From Myxococcota bacterium (GTDB lineage: Bacteria; Myxococcota_A; UBA796; SXON01): a stretch of 64,000 nt of DNA. Both the position numbers and the translations under genes were made by a program. Positions 1 to 9,982 of this stretch are shown in pieces. The first letter of the stretch is position 1, and each line of letters opens with the position of its first letter. The DNA lies in NCBI GenBank assembly GCA_040386535.1, contig JAZKFH010000017.1:137213-201212 (forward strand), in the 5' to 3' direction. The notes beneath the pieces are model-generated. The model saw nothing but the letters and a program-made list of their open reading frames with translations, was not told where the DNA came from and ran no database searches.

Positions 1-60
1 CGGTATCGGTATCGGTATCGGTATCGGTATCGGTATCGGTATCGGTATCGGTATCGGTAT
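1..60. repeat. Perfect hexamer microsatellite (CGGTAT)x10 encoding a (Asp-Thr)n linker
   Basis: Directly visible at the window start; in frame as GAT ACC on the minus strand. Confidence 0.95.
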
Positions 61-3000
61 CCGCGTCCGCCTCGTCGGCGCCATCGCAGTCCTGGTCCAC
101 GCCGTCCGCGAGGATCTCCGGGGCGCCGGGGTACGTGCCGGCGTCGGTGTCGTCACAGTCCGTGGCGTCGGCGACGGTGCCCGTCGGGGCGCCACACGCC
201 GTGGTCGACACGCTGATGTTGCCGTAGCCGTCGCCATCGCTGTCGCCGTACCAGTCGGATCGGACGGCCGCATCCGGATCGTCGTCGTCGGCAAGCCCGT
301 CACAATCCGAGTCGACCGTGTCACAGGCCTCGGGCGCCCCGGGGTGCACCGTGGCATCGGCATCGTCACAATCGTCGCCGGCGACGTAGCCGTCCCCGTC
401 CTCATCGAGGATCGAGCCCGACGCGTAGACGTACACACCGCCGCCCGGCGACAGCGACGCGACCGGCACGAGGAGGTCCCCGAGGCCGTCGCCGTCCACG
501 TCGGACGCTTCGATGTCATAGCCGAATCCGCTGACGTAGTCGCCGGTCAGCGTGACCGCCGGCGCCACCTCCAGCCCACTCGCGCCGCCGAGGTAGATGT
601 CGACGCCACCCTTGCGGCCGACCGCGAGATCATCGTACCCGTCGCCGTCGGCGTCCCCCATCCCGGCCAAGGAGAGCCCCACCCACGGATCCGCCGCGGT
701 GCCGACAGCCGTGAAGCTCCAGGCCGCTCCGCTGCCCGTGGCAGACCCGAGGTAGACCTCCACCGAGCCCACGTCGCCTCCCGCTTCCGGCGAACCCACG
801 GCGATGTCGGCGTACCCGTCCCCGTTCACGTCCCCGATGCCACGGACAACGTCGCCGAAGCTCGCCGAGCCGGCGTAGCTGTGGGACGGGCTCGACGAGA
901 GCCCCGCGGCCGACCCGGTGAAGACGTACGCGCTCGCGTAGGCTCCCACGATGACGTCGTCGTAGCCATCGCCGTTCACGTCGCCCGTTCCGTCGAGGTC
1001 CCCCCCGAAAAAGCGGCCATACGTCAGCGTGGTGTCCGCTACGGTCGACACCCCGGTGGCGTCGCCGTGGTGGATGTACACGTCACTAAGAGTGAGGGCG
1101 GTGACGCCCACGTCGTCGTAGCCGTCTCCGTCGACGTCGCCGACCCCGGCCACTCTCTGGCCGAACTTGCTGGTCCGGGAGGTGTTCACGAGCGTGGTCG
1201 CGGGGCTCGTGGCGAGGCCCGAGGCCCCGCCCAGGTAGACGTGGACCTGGTTCGTGCCAGCGCTGGACACCATGGGCTGCCCGACGACCACGTCGGCGTA
1301 GCCGTCCCCGTTGACGTCCCCCGCGCCGTCGATCGACCAGCCGAAGCCGCCCTCGTCGGCGGGAGCGAGGAGCGTCGCCGCGGGAGTGGCCGACAGCCCA
1401 CCGGAGGTGCCCACATAGAGGTAGATGGCGGCGACATCCGGGTCGTCACTGTACCCGGACACCGCGACGTCGTCGTAACCGTCCCCGTCTACGTCTCCGA
1501 CGCCCGCCACCTCGTACGCGTACGCCTGTGCCACCGGACCGATCAACGATTGGGTCGCGCTCGTGGCCAGCCCGGCCGCGGAGCCCAGGAGGACCGCCAC
1601 CTCGAGCTCGACCTGCACGAGGACATCGTCGTTCCCGTCGTTGTCGAGGTCCCCCGCCGCCAGACTCATCCCCGGGCGGGCGCCCGACCCGAGGGGATCC
1701 GCGATGCTCGTGGCGGTCCCGGTGACGAGGCCCGCGGCGCTCCCGCGGTACAGGTACACGGCGTAGCCATCCGAGACGAGGAGCTCGTCGTAGCCGTCCC
1801 CGTCGTCATCCAGCGCCGTGTGTGCGTATCCGGAGACACCCGCAACCGTGGCGGTGGAGACGCTCGACACGCCGCCGGCCGAACCCGGGTAGATGTTGAC
1901 GTTGGCCCCGTACAGATCGCTCACGGCGAGGTCGTCGTACCCGTCCCCGTCGAAGTCCCCCTCGGAGATCGCCAACCGCATGGTGTCGTCGCTCCCGCTC
2001 AACGTCGCGTCGGCGCTGAGGCTGCTCCCCGTGGCGGAGCCGTAGTACACGAGGACGCTTTCCAACCGGGCGACCGCGACGTCCGCGAAGCCGTCTCCGT
2101 TGACATCGGCGCCTCCGACCACCGCATGTCCAAATTCGTCGGAGGCGACGGTCCCGTACCAGGTGGTCGCGGGGGCCGTCGACACTCCGGAGGCGGCGCC
2201 GAGGTAGACGGACGCGCTGCCGTAGGTGTCGGAGTCGGAGCCGACGAGGATGTCGTCGAACCCGTCTCCGTCGACGTCTCCGGCGGAGGCGAGCGCGCTC
2301 CCGAACTCGACGGTCGGTGACAGCGAGGGGATCGTGGCGGAGGCCGTCGCGTCCAGGCCCGCCGCGGAGCCGTAGAGGACGAGCACCGACCCGAACGTCT
2401 CGTCGACGTCCTGCCGGATGAGAACGTCCTCGTACCCGTCCCCGTCGACGTCCCCCGCGCGCGCCACGACGCTGCCGAGTTGGCTGTCCTCGGTGCCGTA
2501 CAAGGTGAGGTCTGGTGTGGCCGACAGGCCCGAGGGCGACCCGTGGAACACGTACACGGCGCCGTTTTCACCGCTGTAACCACCGGCCCCGACCACCCCG
2601 TCGGCGAAGCCGTCCCCGTTCACGTCGGCCAGCGCGAGGCTGTTCCCGAAATCGGTGGCCGAGTACGACCCTGGGCCCGTCAGCGTCAACGTGACCACCG
2701 ACAGGAGGGGATCGATCGTGATCGGGTACCGCGCGCCGGTGTCGTCCACCTCGAGGAGGATCTCGCCGCCCTCCCCCGCGTCCATGACCGCGGGGAGGGG
2801 CACACCATCGGCGTCCCAGGCCCGCAGCCGGCCGTAGGTCCACTCCTCGCCCTCCGTGTCCACCAGCCGAACATCCGCGCCCGCGCCGGCCACCGTCGCC
2901 CCCACGACCTCGACCACCAGCCGCAGGGGGCCCTCGCCATCGGGGGGCGTCGCGACGTCCCACCCCTGTTGCACCCCGTCGGCCTGCACGCGCCACCACT

Positions 3001-3400
3001 CGGTCACCTCCCCGAACGAGCGCTCGACCCGGCGGATGCACCCCCCGCGCGTGTCCTCCTCCCCGTCGACACAGGCGCCGAGCGCCGGAAGAGCGCTCCC
3101 GAGCGCATGCTCACTACCGACGCGTCCCCACGCGGCACTGGTGAGCGTCAGCTCCGCTCCGCCCCGCGCGGCAGCGACCAGCCCGTCCGCATCCAGGCGC
3201 GCGGTGAGCGTCGGTGTGGCGGCACGAAAGCCTCCGTCTGTGGCGCGGAACGCCCGGCTCTCGGCGCCGATGCGGCCCTGGACCATCGACCACCAGCCTC
3301 GTGACGGGGCGGCCTCGACCGGTAAGGCGCTCGACCGGGCGATCGACGGAGCTTCGGAGGGGGCGCAGGCGGCGAGGAGGAGGAGGAGGGTGGCACGCAT
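1..3400 (-). CDS. Large surface lipoprotein with 14 FG-GAP (integrin alpha-like) repeats, MopE-type metal-binding repeats and an Asp-Thr linker; 3' end runs off the window
   Basis: Not in ORF track (no stop in window). Read manually from ATG at 3400: MRATLLLLLAAC lipobox, N-terminal domain ending YPITIDP, 14 D(V)xGDGxxD motifs between ~2625 and ~490, DCDDTDAGTYPGAPE..DGVDQDCDG repeat, then DTDTDT at the window edge in the same frame. Confidence 0.85.
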   Translation of the reverse strand, partial: MRATLLLLLAACAPSEAPSIARSSALPVEAAPSRGWWSMVQGRIGAESRAFRATDGGFRAATPTLTARLDADGLVAAARGGAELTLTSAAWGRVGSEHALGSALPALGACVDGEEDTRGGCIRRVERSFGEVTEWWRVQADGVQQGWDVATPPDGEGPLRLVVEVVGATVAGAGADVRLVDTEGEEWTYGRLRAWDADGVPLPAVMDAGEGGEILLEVDDTGARYPITIDPLLSVVTLTLTGPGSYSATDFGNSLALADVNGDGFADGVVGAGGYSGENGAVYVFHGSPSGLSATPDLTLYGTEDSQLGSVVARAGDVDGDGYEDVLIRQDVDETFGSVLVLYGSAAGLDATASATIPSLSPTVEFGSALASAGDVDGDGFDDILVGSDSDTYGSASVYLGAASGVSTAPATTWYGTVASDEFGHAVVGGADVNGDGFADVAVARLESVLVYYGSATGSSLSADATLSGSDDTMRLAISEGDFDGDGYDDLAVSDLYGANVNIYPGSAGGVSSVSTATVAGVSGYAHTALDDDGDGYDELLVSDGYAVYLYRGSAAGLVTGTATSIADPLGSGARPGMSLAAGDLDNDGNDDVLVQVELEVAVLLGSAAGLATSATQSLIGPVAQAYAYEVAGVGDVDGDGYDDVAVSGYSDDPDVAAIYLYVGTSGGLSATPAATLLAPADEGGFGWSIDGAGDVNGDGYADVVVGQPMVSSAGTNQVHVYLGGASGLATSPATTLVNTSRTSKFGQRVAGVGDVDGDGYDDVGVTALTLSDVYIHHGDATGVSTVADTTLTYGRFFGGDLDGTGDVNGDGYDDVIVGAYASAYVFTGSAAGLSSSPSHSYAGSASFGDVVRGIGDVNGDGYADIAVGSPEAGGDVGSVEVYLGSATGSGAAWSFTAVGTAADPWVGLSLAGMGDADGDGYDDLAVGRKGGVDIYLGGASGLEVAPAVTLTGDYVSGFGYDIEASDVDGDGLGDLLVPVASLSPGGGVYVYASGSILDEDGDGYVAGDDCDDADATVHPGAPEACDTVDSDCDGLADDDDPDAAVRSDWYGDSDGDGYGNISVSTTACGAPTGTVADATDCDDTDAGTYPGAPEILADGVDQDCDGADEADADTDTDTDTDTDTDTDTDTDT

Positions 3401-3520
3401 CGGGAGATGGTACGCCGACAAGCGTTCACCTGCGCCGTCGGCGTTGTACTACCGCCGGTCGCGCCGCTTGCGGCGCTTAGCTTCCTGGACGATGGTCCTG
3501 TCTCACGTTTGGAGGGCCCG

Positions 3521-4828
3521 TTGCACACCTCGATCCTGCTGCTCCCCATGCTCGCCCTCGCCGCGTGCCTGCCCTCCGGCCCCGTCGACGATCCCGGTGA
3601 GGACCCCGGCACCGAGCTCCATGAGCCCCCCGGCGAGCGGGTGGCCTCGTCGAAGGCCCGGGAGACGAGCCCCGCCGCCTCCGACGCCGACGTGGCTTCG
3701 CTCACCGCGGGCAACCGCGCGTTCGCGATGGACATGTACCACCAGCTGCAACAGCCCGGTCAGAACCTGTTCTTCTCGCCCCACAGCATCTCGGTCGCGC
3801 TCGCGATGACCTATGCGGGCGCCGAGGGCACGACCGAGGCCGAGCTGGCCGACGTGCTCGGCTTCACCCTCCCCGAAGTCACCACCCACGCGGCGTTCAA
3901 CGCCCTCGACCTCGCGCTGAAGAGCCGCGCCGACCTCCCCGAGGAGGAAGCGGGAGACGGCTTCGCGCTCTCCATCGTGAACCAGGCCTTCGGCCAGACC
4001 GGCTACCCCTTCGAGGCCCCGTTCCTCGACGTGCTCGCGACGAACTACGGCGCCGCCGTCTACCTCCTCGACTTCTCGGCGGATCCCGAGGGCTCGCGCA
4101 CCGCCATCAACGACTGGGTGCTGGAGGTCACGAACGAGCGCATCGAGGATCTGCTCCCCGCGGGATCGATCACCGACCTCACGCGCCTCGTCCTCGCGAA
4201 CGCCATCTACTTCAAGGCGTCGTGGAGCGTGCCGTTCTCGCCCGCGGACACCGCCGACGCCGACTTCACGCTGCTCGACGGATCCGTCGCGTCCGTGCCG
4301 ACCATGCACGGCACGCTGGATTCCTCCTGCGCGACCGGCGCGGGGTGGACCGCCGCCACGCTCCCCTACGTGGGCTCGCAGCTCGACATGGTGCTGCTCG
4401 TCCCCGATACGGGCGCCTTCGAGAGCGTGGAGGCCTCGCTCGACGGCGCGGCGCTGGATGCGATGCTCGGAGCGCTCGGCGAGTGCGCGCTCACCATCGC
4501 CCTGCCGAAGCTCACCGTCCGCACCGACGCCGCGCTCGTGCCGCCGCTCCAGGCCCTCGGGGTGGTCGACGCGTTCGACCCCAACGTGGCTGACTTCTCG
4601 GGCATGAGCACCACGTCGGACCTGTACGTCACCGGCGTGTTCCACCAGGCGTTCGTGGCGGTCGACGAGCAGGGCACCGAGGCCGCCGCGGCCACCGCGG
4701 TCGTGATCGGCGAGGAGAGCGCGCCGATGCCCCTGATGCTCGACGTGGACCGCCCATTCCTGTTCGCGGTGCGCGACCGGCCGACCGGGGCGGTGTTGTT
4801 CCTCGGGCGGATCCTGGACCCGCGGTAG
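3521..4828 (+). CDS. Serpin family serine protease inhibitor, lipoprotein
   Basis: NLFFSPHSI, NAIYFKASW, hinge VDEQGTEAAAAT, DRPFLFAVRD...LFLGRI; TTG start at 3521 preceded by GGAGG; LALAAC lipobox. Confidence 0.93.
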   Translation: MHTSILLLPMLALAACLPSGPVDDPGEDPGTELHEPPGERVASSKARETSPAASDADVASLTAGNRAFAMDMYHQLQQPGQNLFFSPHSISVALAMTYAGAEGTTEAELADVLGFTLPEVTTHAAFNALDLALKSRADLPEEEAGDGFALSIVNQAFGQTGYPFEAPFLDVLATNYGAAVYLLDFSADPEGSRTAINDWVLEVTNERIEDLLPAGSITDLTRLVLANAIYFKASWSVPFSPADTADADFTLLDGSVASVPTMHGTLDSSCATGAGWTAATLPYVGSQLDMVLLVPDTGAFESVEASLDGAALDAMLGALGECALTIALPKLTVRTDAALVPPLQALGVVDAFDPNVADFSGMSTTSDLYVTGVFHQAFVAVDEQGTEAAAATAVVIGEESAPMPLMLDVDRPFLFAVRDRPTGAVLFLGRILDPR

Positions 4829-4845
4829 GGCCCGACCCGTCGAGC

Positions 4846-6051
4846 CTATTCGTTCTCGGCCCTCGGCAGCTCGGTCAGCGGCGGAGGCGCCTTCGCGTAG
4901 GCCGGCGCGGCGGGCGCTCCCTGCACCGGCGTGGTCAGCGCCATGCCGTTGCCGACGATGACGGTGAGGGCCTTGGGGACCACGGAGAATTCGATCACCG
5001 TGCGCGGCCCGGGCAGCGCCATGTCCGAGTTGGTCGGGACGGGCTCCACGGTCGTGATGCGAATCCGCGCGGCCTGGTACTTCACCACGTCGTCCGTGCC
5101 CCCGGAGGCCGCCACGAGAAAGTGGCGGGAGAGCGCAGGCGCGCCCATCCCGTCGTACACGGAGACGTCGAGCAGCCCGTCGTCCATCTTCGCGTCGGGC
5201 GCGGCGAGCAGGTTGTTTCCCATCAGGGGCGCGTTGGAGACGGTCACGAGGTGGGTGGTCGGATCGAGGACCAGGTCGTCGATCTCGACCCGCATCGTCT
5301 GCGGTTGCGCCTGGAGGAGCTGGCGCACCCCCCGGGCGAACGGGTTCCACCGCTTCTTCTCGAACGACTGCCCCGTGAGGGCCGCCACCGCGAGCAGGCC
5401 CACGCCCGCGCAGTCGAGGAAATACCTCACCTGCAGGCGGTCCTCGCCCGAGATGCTGCCGACATCGAGCTGCCGGGTCATCCCCATCCCGATCAGCGCG
5501 CAGGCGTCCTCGATCTCCAGCGGGATCCCCAGCGAGCGCGCGATGTTGTTCATCGTGCCCGTCGGGAGGATCCCCATCACGGTCGAGGACCCGACGAGCT
5601 GGGAGGCGACGTCCTGGAGCGTGCCGTCCCCCCCCGCGACGATCACGAGCGGACATTTGGCCTCGACGGCGTCCCGGGCCAGCTTCCGGGCGGCTCGCCC
5701 CGAGGTCTTCAGCCCGACTTCCGCTTCGATCCCGTGCGCGCGCAGGGACGCGACCACGAGGGACAGGCGGAGCGCGTTGTTCTCCGAATTCCGGCCGCAG
5801 GACGGGTTGAAGAGGAGGAGGGCGGGGCGGAGCGGCCCGTCACTCGACGCCCCCTCGCCGAGGTGCCGCTTGCGCGGCGCGGCCAGGCGCGCCTCGAGCT
5901 TGGCGATCGACTCCTCCAGCGCGCTGAGCTTCGCCCGCCGCCGGACCAGCCGCGCCTCCTCCTCCGCGAGCTTCTCCGCGCGTACGCGGTGCTTCTCCTG
6001 TCGGCGGTGAAGCTTGCCCAGGAGCTGTTCCTGGGAGGGGTCCTTCGACAT
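4846..6051 (-). CDS. Diacylglycerol/lipid kinase family protein (YegS/DgkB-like) with N-terminal coiled-coil extension
   Basis: FNP, VAGGDGT, GILPTGTMNNIARSLGIP, DDGLLDV motifs. Confidence 0.9.
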   Translation of the reverse strand: MSKDPSQEQLLGKLHRRQEKHRVRAEKLAEEEARLVRRRAKLSALEESIAKLEARLAAPRKRHLGEGASSDGPLRPALLLFNPSCGRNSENNALRLSLVVASLRAHGIEAEVGLKTSGRAARKLARDAVEAKCPLVIVAGGDGTLQDVASQLVGSSTVMGILPTGTMNNIARSLGIPLEIEDACALIGMGMTRQLDVGSISGEDRLQVRYFLDCAGVGLLAVAALTGQSFEKKRWNPFARGVRQLLQAQPQTMRVEIDDLVLDPTTHLVTVSNAPLMGNNLLAAPDAKMDDGLLDVSVYDGMGAPALSRHFLVAASGGTDDVVKYQAARIRITTVEPVPTNSDMALPGPRTVIEFSVVPKALTVIVGNGMALTTPVQGAPAAPAYAKAPPPLTELPRAENE

Positions 6052-6238
6052 CGGCGGCTCCGGGCGTGTGATCAGGGATGGCTGGACGTCCTAATCCCGG
6101 TGAGCGCGGCGCCCTCGACGCGGCCAGCCCCACTGAACAGAACGAGACATCTGTCAACGCTCGGCCACCCCACCCCCTCGGGTGTAACCTTTTGGGTGCC
6201 GGCTCCTGACGCGCACGTGTGCTGGGTATGAGCCTCCC

Positions 6239-7204
6239 ATGCTGGACCTCGAGCGACACTTGCGCTTCCTCCCGCTCCTGGCGCTCCTGGCCTGCGGAGA
6301 GGCCCCCGTCGAGAGCGCTGGGCCTACCGCCGGGGCGTCCGCGGACGTGGCGACCCCCACTCCGGCCGACCTCCCGGTGAAGGCACCGCGCGCGCTCGCG
6401 GACGCGGTGGGGAAGCCGGTCGCCGTGCGCGCGCGCGACCTCGTCCTGCTCGCGGACGGGATCGAGGTGCAGGTGACCTACCTGATCGGCACCCTGAAGC
6501 CCGCGGGGGACTACGTCGACCTGGAGGTGCCCACCAGCTTCACGCTCCAGATCGACGCGCTCGAGATCCGGATCCCCGAACAGTTCCTGTCGACGTGGAG
6601 GCCGGAGGGCACCGAGAACACTCCGTTCAAGGAGCTCGCGGTCCGCACCGAGGGCAACTCCTTCGTGCTCGAAGGCCACGCCCGCTTCCTCAACCTCCCC
6701 TTCACGTTCCGCGCGGATCCGATGGTCACGGAGACAGGGGCGCTGGCGCTCCAGCTGGAGAAGGTCCGCGTGCTCGGGATCGGCCTCCGGGGCTTCCTCG
6801 CGGCGTTCGAGCGGCCGGTAGAGAACGCGGTCAACAAGCAGCAACGATTCCTCGACGTGGAGAAGGATCTGCTCGTCATCGATCCCTTTCCGTTCATGGG
6901 CCCCCCGCGCGTCAAGGCGGCGTTCACCTCCGTGGAAGTGCAGAAGGGGGCCCTGGTGGCGAGGCTCGGCGAGGCGCCCGAGCCCGACGAGTATCCGCAG
7001 GGCCTGACCCTGGTCGGGGGCGTGTTCCGGTCTGGAGGGAGCCTGTTGTTCGACAGTACGATGTCGCTCATCGCCCGGGACGGCGGGCCGCTCACCATCG
7101 ATCCGGATCGGCTCGACGAGCAGATCAGCGCCGGCTTCACCAAGATGGTGTCCGCGAAGCGGCAGCTCCGTTTCCATCTCGCGCCCTTGGCGGAGCTGGA
7201 GTAG
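6239..7204 (+). CDS. Hypothetical lipoprotein
   Basis: LLALLAC lipobox, Pro/Ala linker, beta-rich body; codon pattern typical of real genes here. Confidence 0.7.
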   Translation: MLDLERHLRFLPLLALLACGEAPVESAGPTAGASADVATPTPADLPVKAPRALADAVGKPVAVRARDLVLLADGIEVQVTYLIGTLKPAGDYVDLEVPTSFTLQIDALEIRIPEQFLSTWRPEGTENTPFKELAVRTEGNSFVLEGHARFLNLPFTFRADPMVTETGALALQLEKVRVLGIGLRGFLAAFERPVENAVNKQQRFLDVEKDLLVIDPFPFMGPPRVKAAFTSVEVQKGALVARLGEAPEPDEYPQGLTLVGGVFRSGGSLLFDSTMSLIARDGGPLTIDPDRLDEQISAGFTKMVSAKRQLRFHLAPLAELE

Positions 7205-7315
7205 GCCGCCCCCTGCGCGTCCTGCGCATCTTTGGTGCATCTTCGTCTGTGTCATCGGCAGATCCAGCACCAAACGGTAACAGCGCCGCCCTCACGCCCA
7301 GGGATAGATGGCGGC

Positions 7316-8461
7316 ATGTTCGTCCTGCTGGCGTTGCTCGTCCCGGGAGTGGCCCAGGCCGCCGACGCCGCCGATCCCGTGCTCCTCGACGTGACGCGGG
7401 CGCTGGCGCTCTCCAACGCGGAGCTGGTGTCGATGGGCGGGGCGGGTGTGGCGTACGCCGCGGGCGGCGCCGGCTTGTTCCTCAGCCCGGCGGCGCCCGC
7501 CAATCGAAGGATGGAGGCGACCGCGCCCGTCATCACCAGCCTCTTGCTGCTCCAGACGAGCATCGCTCCGGCCCGCGACGTCGGGAACCTCGGCGAGCCG
7601 CTCGGGGAGGACGGGCGGTTGTTCAGCCTGGCCCTCTCCGGCGGCTACCAGAACGTGGCGGGCGGGCTGCTCACCGCGGGCGCCTGGTATGCCACGGACG
7701 ACCTGTGGGTAGGCACGGCGGAGGGGCACGCTTCGGCGGCCGTGTCGCTGTTCGAGGGCCAGCTCACCCTCGGGATCGGCCCCCGGTTTCTCGGCATGCG
7801 CGTCACGGCGAACGGCGAGCCACGCGACTACCTCGGCATCGGCGTGGAGACCGGCGCGGTGCTCGCGAACTGGCGCGACTCCTGGAACGTGGGGGTGACG
7901 CTCCGCTCGGGGGTGAGCGCCGGGCCGACGGACGGCGCCGCCGGGGGCATCGCGGCGGCGCGGATCGCGCCCGAGCTCATCGTGGGCCTCGGCTGGAGCA
8001 ATCGCTCGTACCTTCGTGACTACCAGGGCGGCATCCCGGTCCGCTTCGTCGCCGATGTGCAGGTGAACGCGCCCGTCGCGAACAGCGTGTCGCTGGAGAA
8101 GGTCCTCCAGGGAGAGGAGGTCACGCGCGGCGGGTGGTACACGGCGGCCCCGAGGATCGGAGCGGAGGTGGACGTGTGGCCGAGTCGGCTCCGTCTGCGC
8201 GCCGGCGCCTACCTCGAGCCGTCCCGCACGTCGCTCACGGGGCCGCGCCCCCATGCCACCGGCGGCTTCGAGGTGCGCTTGTTCCGACTCAAGGCGTTCA
8301 ACCAGCGCATCAAGCTCGACCTCGCGTGGCAGGTCGGGGTCGACTACGCGCCGCGGTATTTCCGCGGTGCGTTCCTCGGCATCAACATCTGGCAGGAAGG
8401 CCAGGTGGGCGGACAATACAAGCCCAACGCGCCACGGGGAGAGCTGATCGAGGTCCAGTGA
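7316..8461 (+). CDS. Putative outer-membrane beta-barrel protein (FadL/PorV-like N-terminus)
   Basis: Signal peptide ending AQA; SMGGAGVAYAAGGAGLFLSPAA resembles the FadL/PorV hatch motif; alternating amphipathic strands (RLRAGAYLEP). Confidence 0.65.
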   Translation: MFVLLALLVPGVAQAADAADPVLLDVTRALALSNAELVSMGGAGVAYAAGGAGLFLSPAAPANRRMEATAPVITSLLLLQTSIAPARDVGNLGEPLGEDGRLFSLALSGGYQNVAGGLLTAGAWYATDDLWVGTAEGHASAAVSLFEGQLTLGIGPRFLGMRVTANGEPRDYLGIGVETGAVLANWRDSWNVGVTLRSGVSAGPTDGAAGGIAAARIAPELIVGLGWSNRSYLRDYQGGIPVRFVADVQVNAPVANSVSLEKVLQGEEVTRGGWYTAAPRIGAEVDVWPSRLRLRAGAYLEPSRTSLTGPRPHATGGFEVRLFRLKAFNQRIKLDLAWQVGVDYAPRYFRGAFLGINIWQEGQVGGQYKPNAPRGELIEVQ

Positions 8462-8623
8462 AGGTGGCGCCCCGCGAAGAGTTGCTACTTTTTGCGCGCG
8501 TCGGCCAACGGAAAACAACGCCGCAAACCTCACTCCAGCCCCTGCGCGCAGCGAGCCGTGGGTTACCTGATTGAGACGAACGCGAGGCCTTCACCGAAGG
8601 GCCTCGAAACACGAGAGAGCGCG

Positions 8624-9079
8624 ATGGACTTGGATGATGACACAGTCGGAGAGCTCGCCCTGCGCGTGGCGGACTCCCTGGCCGACCAGGCCTCGCTCCA
8701 TGTCGAGCTCGTGAAGGCGGAGCTCGCTCGTGACGCTTCGGCGCTGGCCAAGAACGTCGCGCCCCTGGCGGCCGCGGTCCCCCTGTTCGCCATCGGCTAC
8801 GTCTTCGCCTGTGTCGCCGCGGCGCTCGCGCTCGCGCCCCTGATTTCGACGGCGGGCGGGCTCGGCGTCGTGGCGCTGGCCAACCTGATCGCCGCCGGTG
8901 TCGCGGTGAAGGTGAGCCTGACCCGCCTGCGTGCGAAGCCGGTGGTCGAGGTGACTGTTGCGCGCGAGCTGGACACCAGCGCCACCACGCTGGTGGCGGC
9001 CCTTCGCCCTTCTCCTCCCGCCCCGACAGCTTCGACCCTGACAGCCTCCACCCCGACCGAGGTGCCCCCTGCACGATGA
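8624..9079 (+). CDS. YqjE-like / 'phage holin family' two-TM membrane protein
   Basis: HVELVKAEL motif followed by two hydrophobic helices. Confidence 0.75.
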   Translation: MDLDDDTVGELALRVADSLADQASLHVELVKAELARDASALAKNVAPLAAAVPLFAIGYVFACVAAALALAPLISTAGGLGVVALANLIAAGVAVKVSLTRLRAKPVVEVTVARELDTSATTLVAALRPSPPAPTASTLTASTPTEVPPAR

Positions 9080-9092
9080 ACCCACCAGCCTC

Positions 9093-9308
9093 GTGGTCCG
9101 GTCTCCCGCCGACCAACGTGTGGATGAGGCGCGCTTGCGCCTGAGCCTCGCCCGCCAACGCACGCGCAGCACGGTGACCGTGCTCAAGCAGGAGCTCAAG
9201 CAGGAGCTCCGCGAACGCACGGACTGGCACACCTGGTTCAACGCCCACACCGGCATCTTCCTCTCGGCCGCCTTCTTCACCGGGTTCCTGCTCGCGCGTC
9301 GTCGCTGA
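9093..9308 (+). CDS. Small membrane-anchored protein (YqjK/DUF3618-like); start uncertain
   Basis: Helical N-part, DW..W motif, C-terminal TM plus RRR. An ATG at 9076 overlapping the upstream stop is one base out of frame. Confidence 0.6.
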   Translation: MVRSPADQRVDEARLRLSLARQRTRSTVTVLKQELKQELRERTDWHTWFNAHTGIFLSAAFFTGFLLARRR

Positions 9309-9336
9309 AGCCCCCTCCCTCTCTCGGAGCCTCTAC

Positions 9337-9546
9337 ATGGAAATCCCCGAAGCAACGCACCCCTCCCTGGGCAACTCTCTGGGCAACGAAGAGTCCGCGC
9401 TCGCCAACAAGCTCGAGGAGGCGCGCCAGAACCTGGTGCACCTGAACGAACGCGCGCTCGCCTTCGCCCGCGAGAAGCCGATCCCCTGCCTCATCGGCGC
9501 GGTCGCGCTCGGGTTCATCGTCGGCAAGATCGCGAGCCGGTACTAG
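9337..9546 (+). CDS. DUF883/ElaB/YqjD-like tail-anchored protein
   Basis: FAREKPIPCLIGAVALGFIVGKI C-terminal TM pattern. Confidence 0.7.
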   Translation: MEIPEATHPSLGNSLGNEESALANKLEEARQNLVHLNERALAFAREKPIPCLIGAVALGFIVGKIASRY

Positions 9547-9548
9547 CC

Positions 9549-9905
9549 ATGAGCGCCACCACCAACGATCCGTCCCGTCGCTACGCGGACGCCTCGACCC
9601 CCGAGAACGGCACCTACGCCGGCGCCACCGACAACTCGCAGAGCGACCTGTACGAGGACCGCCCGAGCGTCGTGTCCGAGGCGCTCGCCACGCTCGACAT
9701 CTCCGGGCGGATGAACCGCAACCCCTACCAGACCCTGCTGATCGCCGCCGGCGTCGGCTACATCCTGGGCGGCGGCCTGTTCACCCGCCTCACCGCCAAC
9801 GTGTTCCGCATGGGAATGCGCCTCGGCGCGCTCCCCGCGGTCCAACGCCAGCTGATGGGGGTTGCAGAAGCCGCCCTCAGCCGTCGTGCCAACGACTCGT
9901 CGTGA
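9549..9905 (+). CDS. Small hypothetical membrane protein
   Basis: NPYQTLLIAAGVGYILGGGLF hydrophobic segment; 2-bp gap from the upstream gene. Confidence 0.7.
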   Translation: MSATTNDPSRRYADASTPENGTYAGATDNSQSDLYEDRPSVVSEALATLDISGRMNRNPYQTLLIAAGVGYILGGGLFTRLTANVFRMGMRLGALPAVQRQLMGVAEAALSRRANDSS

Positions 9906-9982
9906 TCGTCACGATGATGCCCGCTGCGAGGCCGCTCGCACGGGCACGCCTCGCAAGCTCCACACCTCACCACGAGAAAAAC

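Noticed and set aside
344..2320. 658-aa plus-strand ORF and many other long ORFs (e.g. 15374-18142, 53602-57444, 57389-60856)
   Set aside because: Antisense or off-frame shadows of recognisable genes, expected in very GC-rich DNA; no motifs.
8624..9079. Prophage suggested by a 'phage holin family' gene
   Set aside because: No endolysin or phage structural genes; context is a cellular stress-type membrane cluster.
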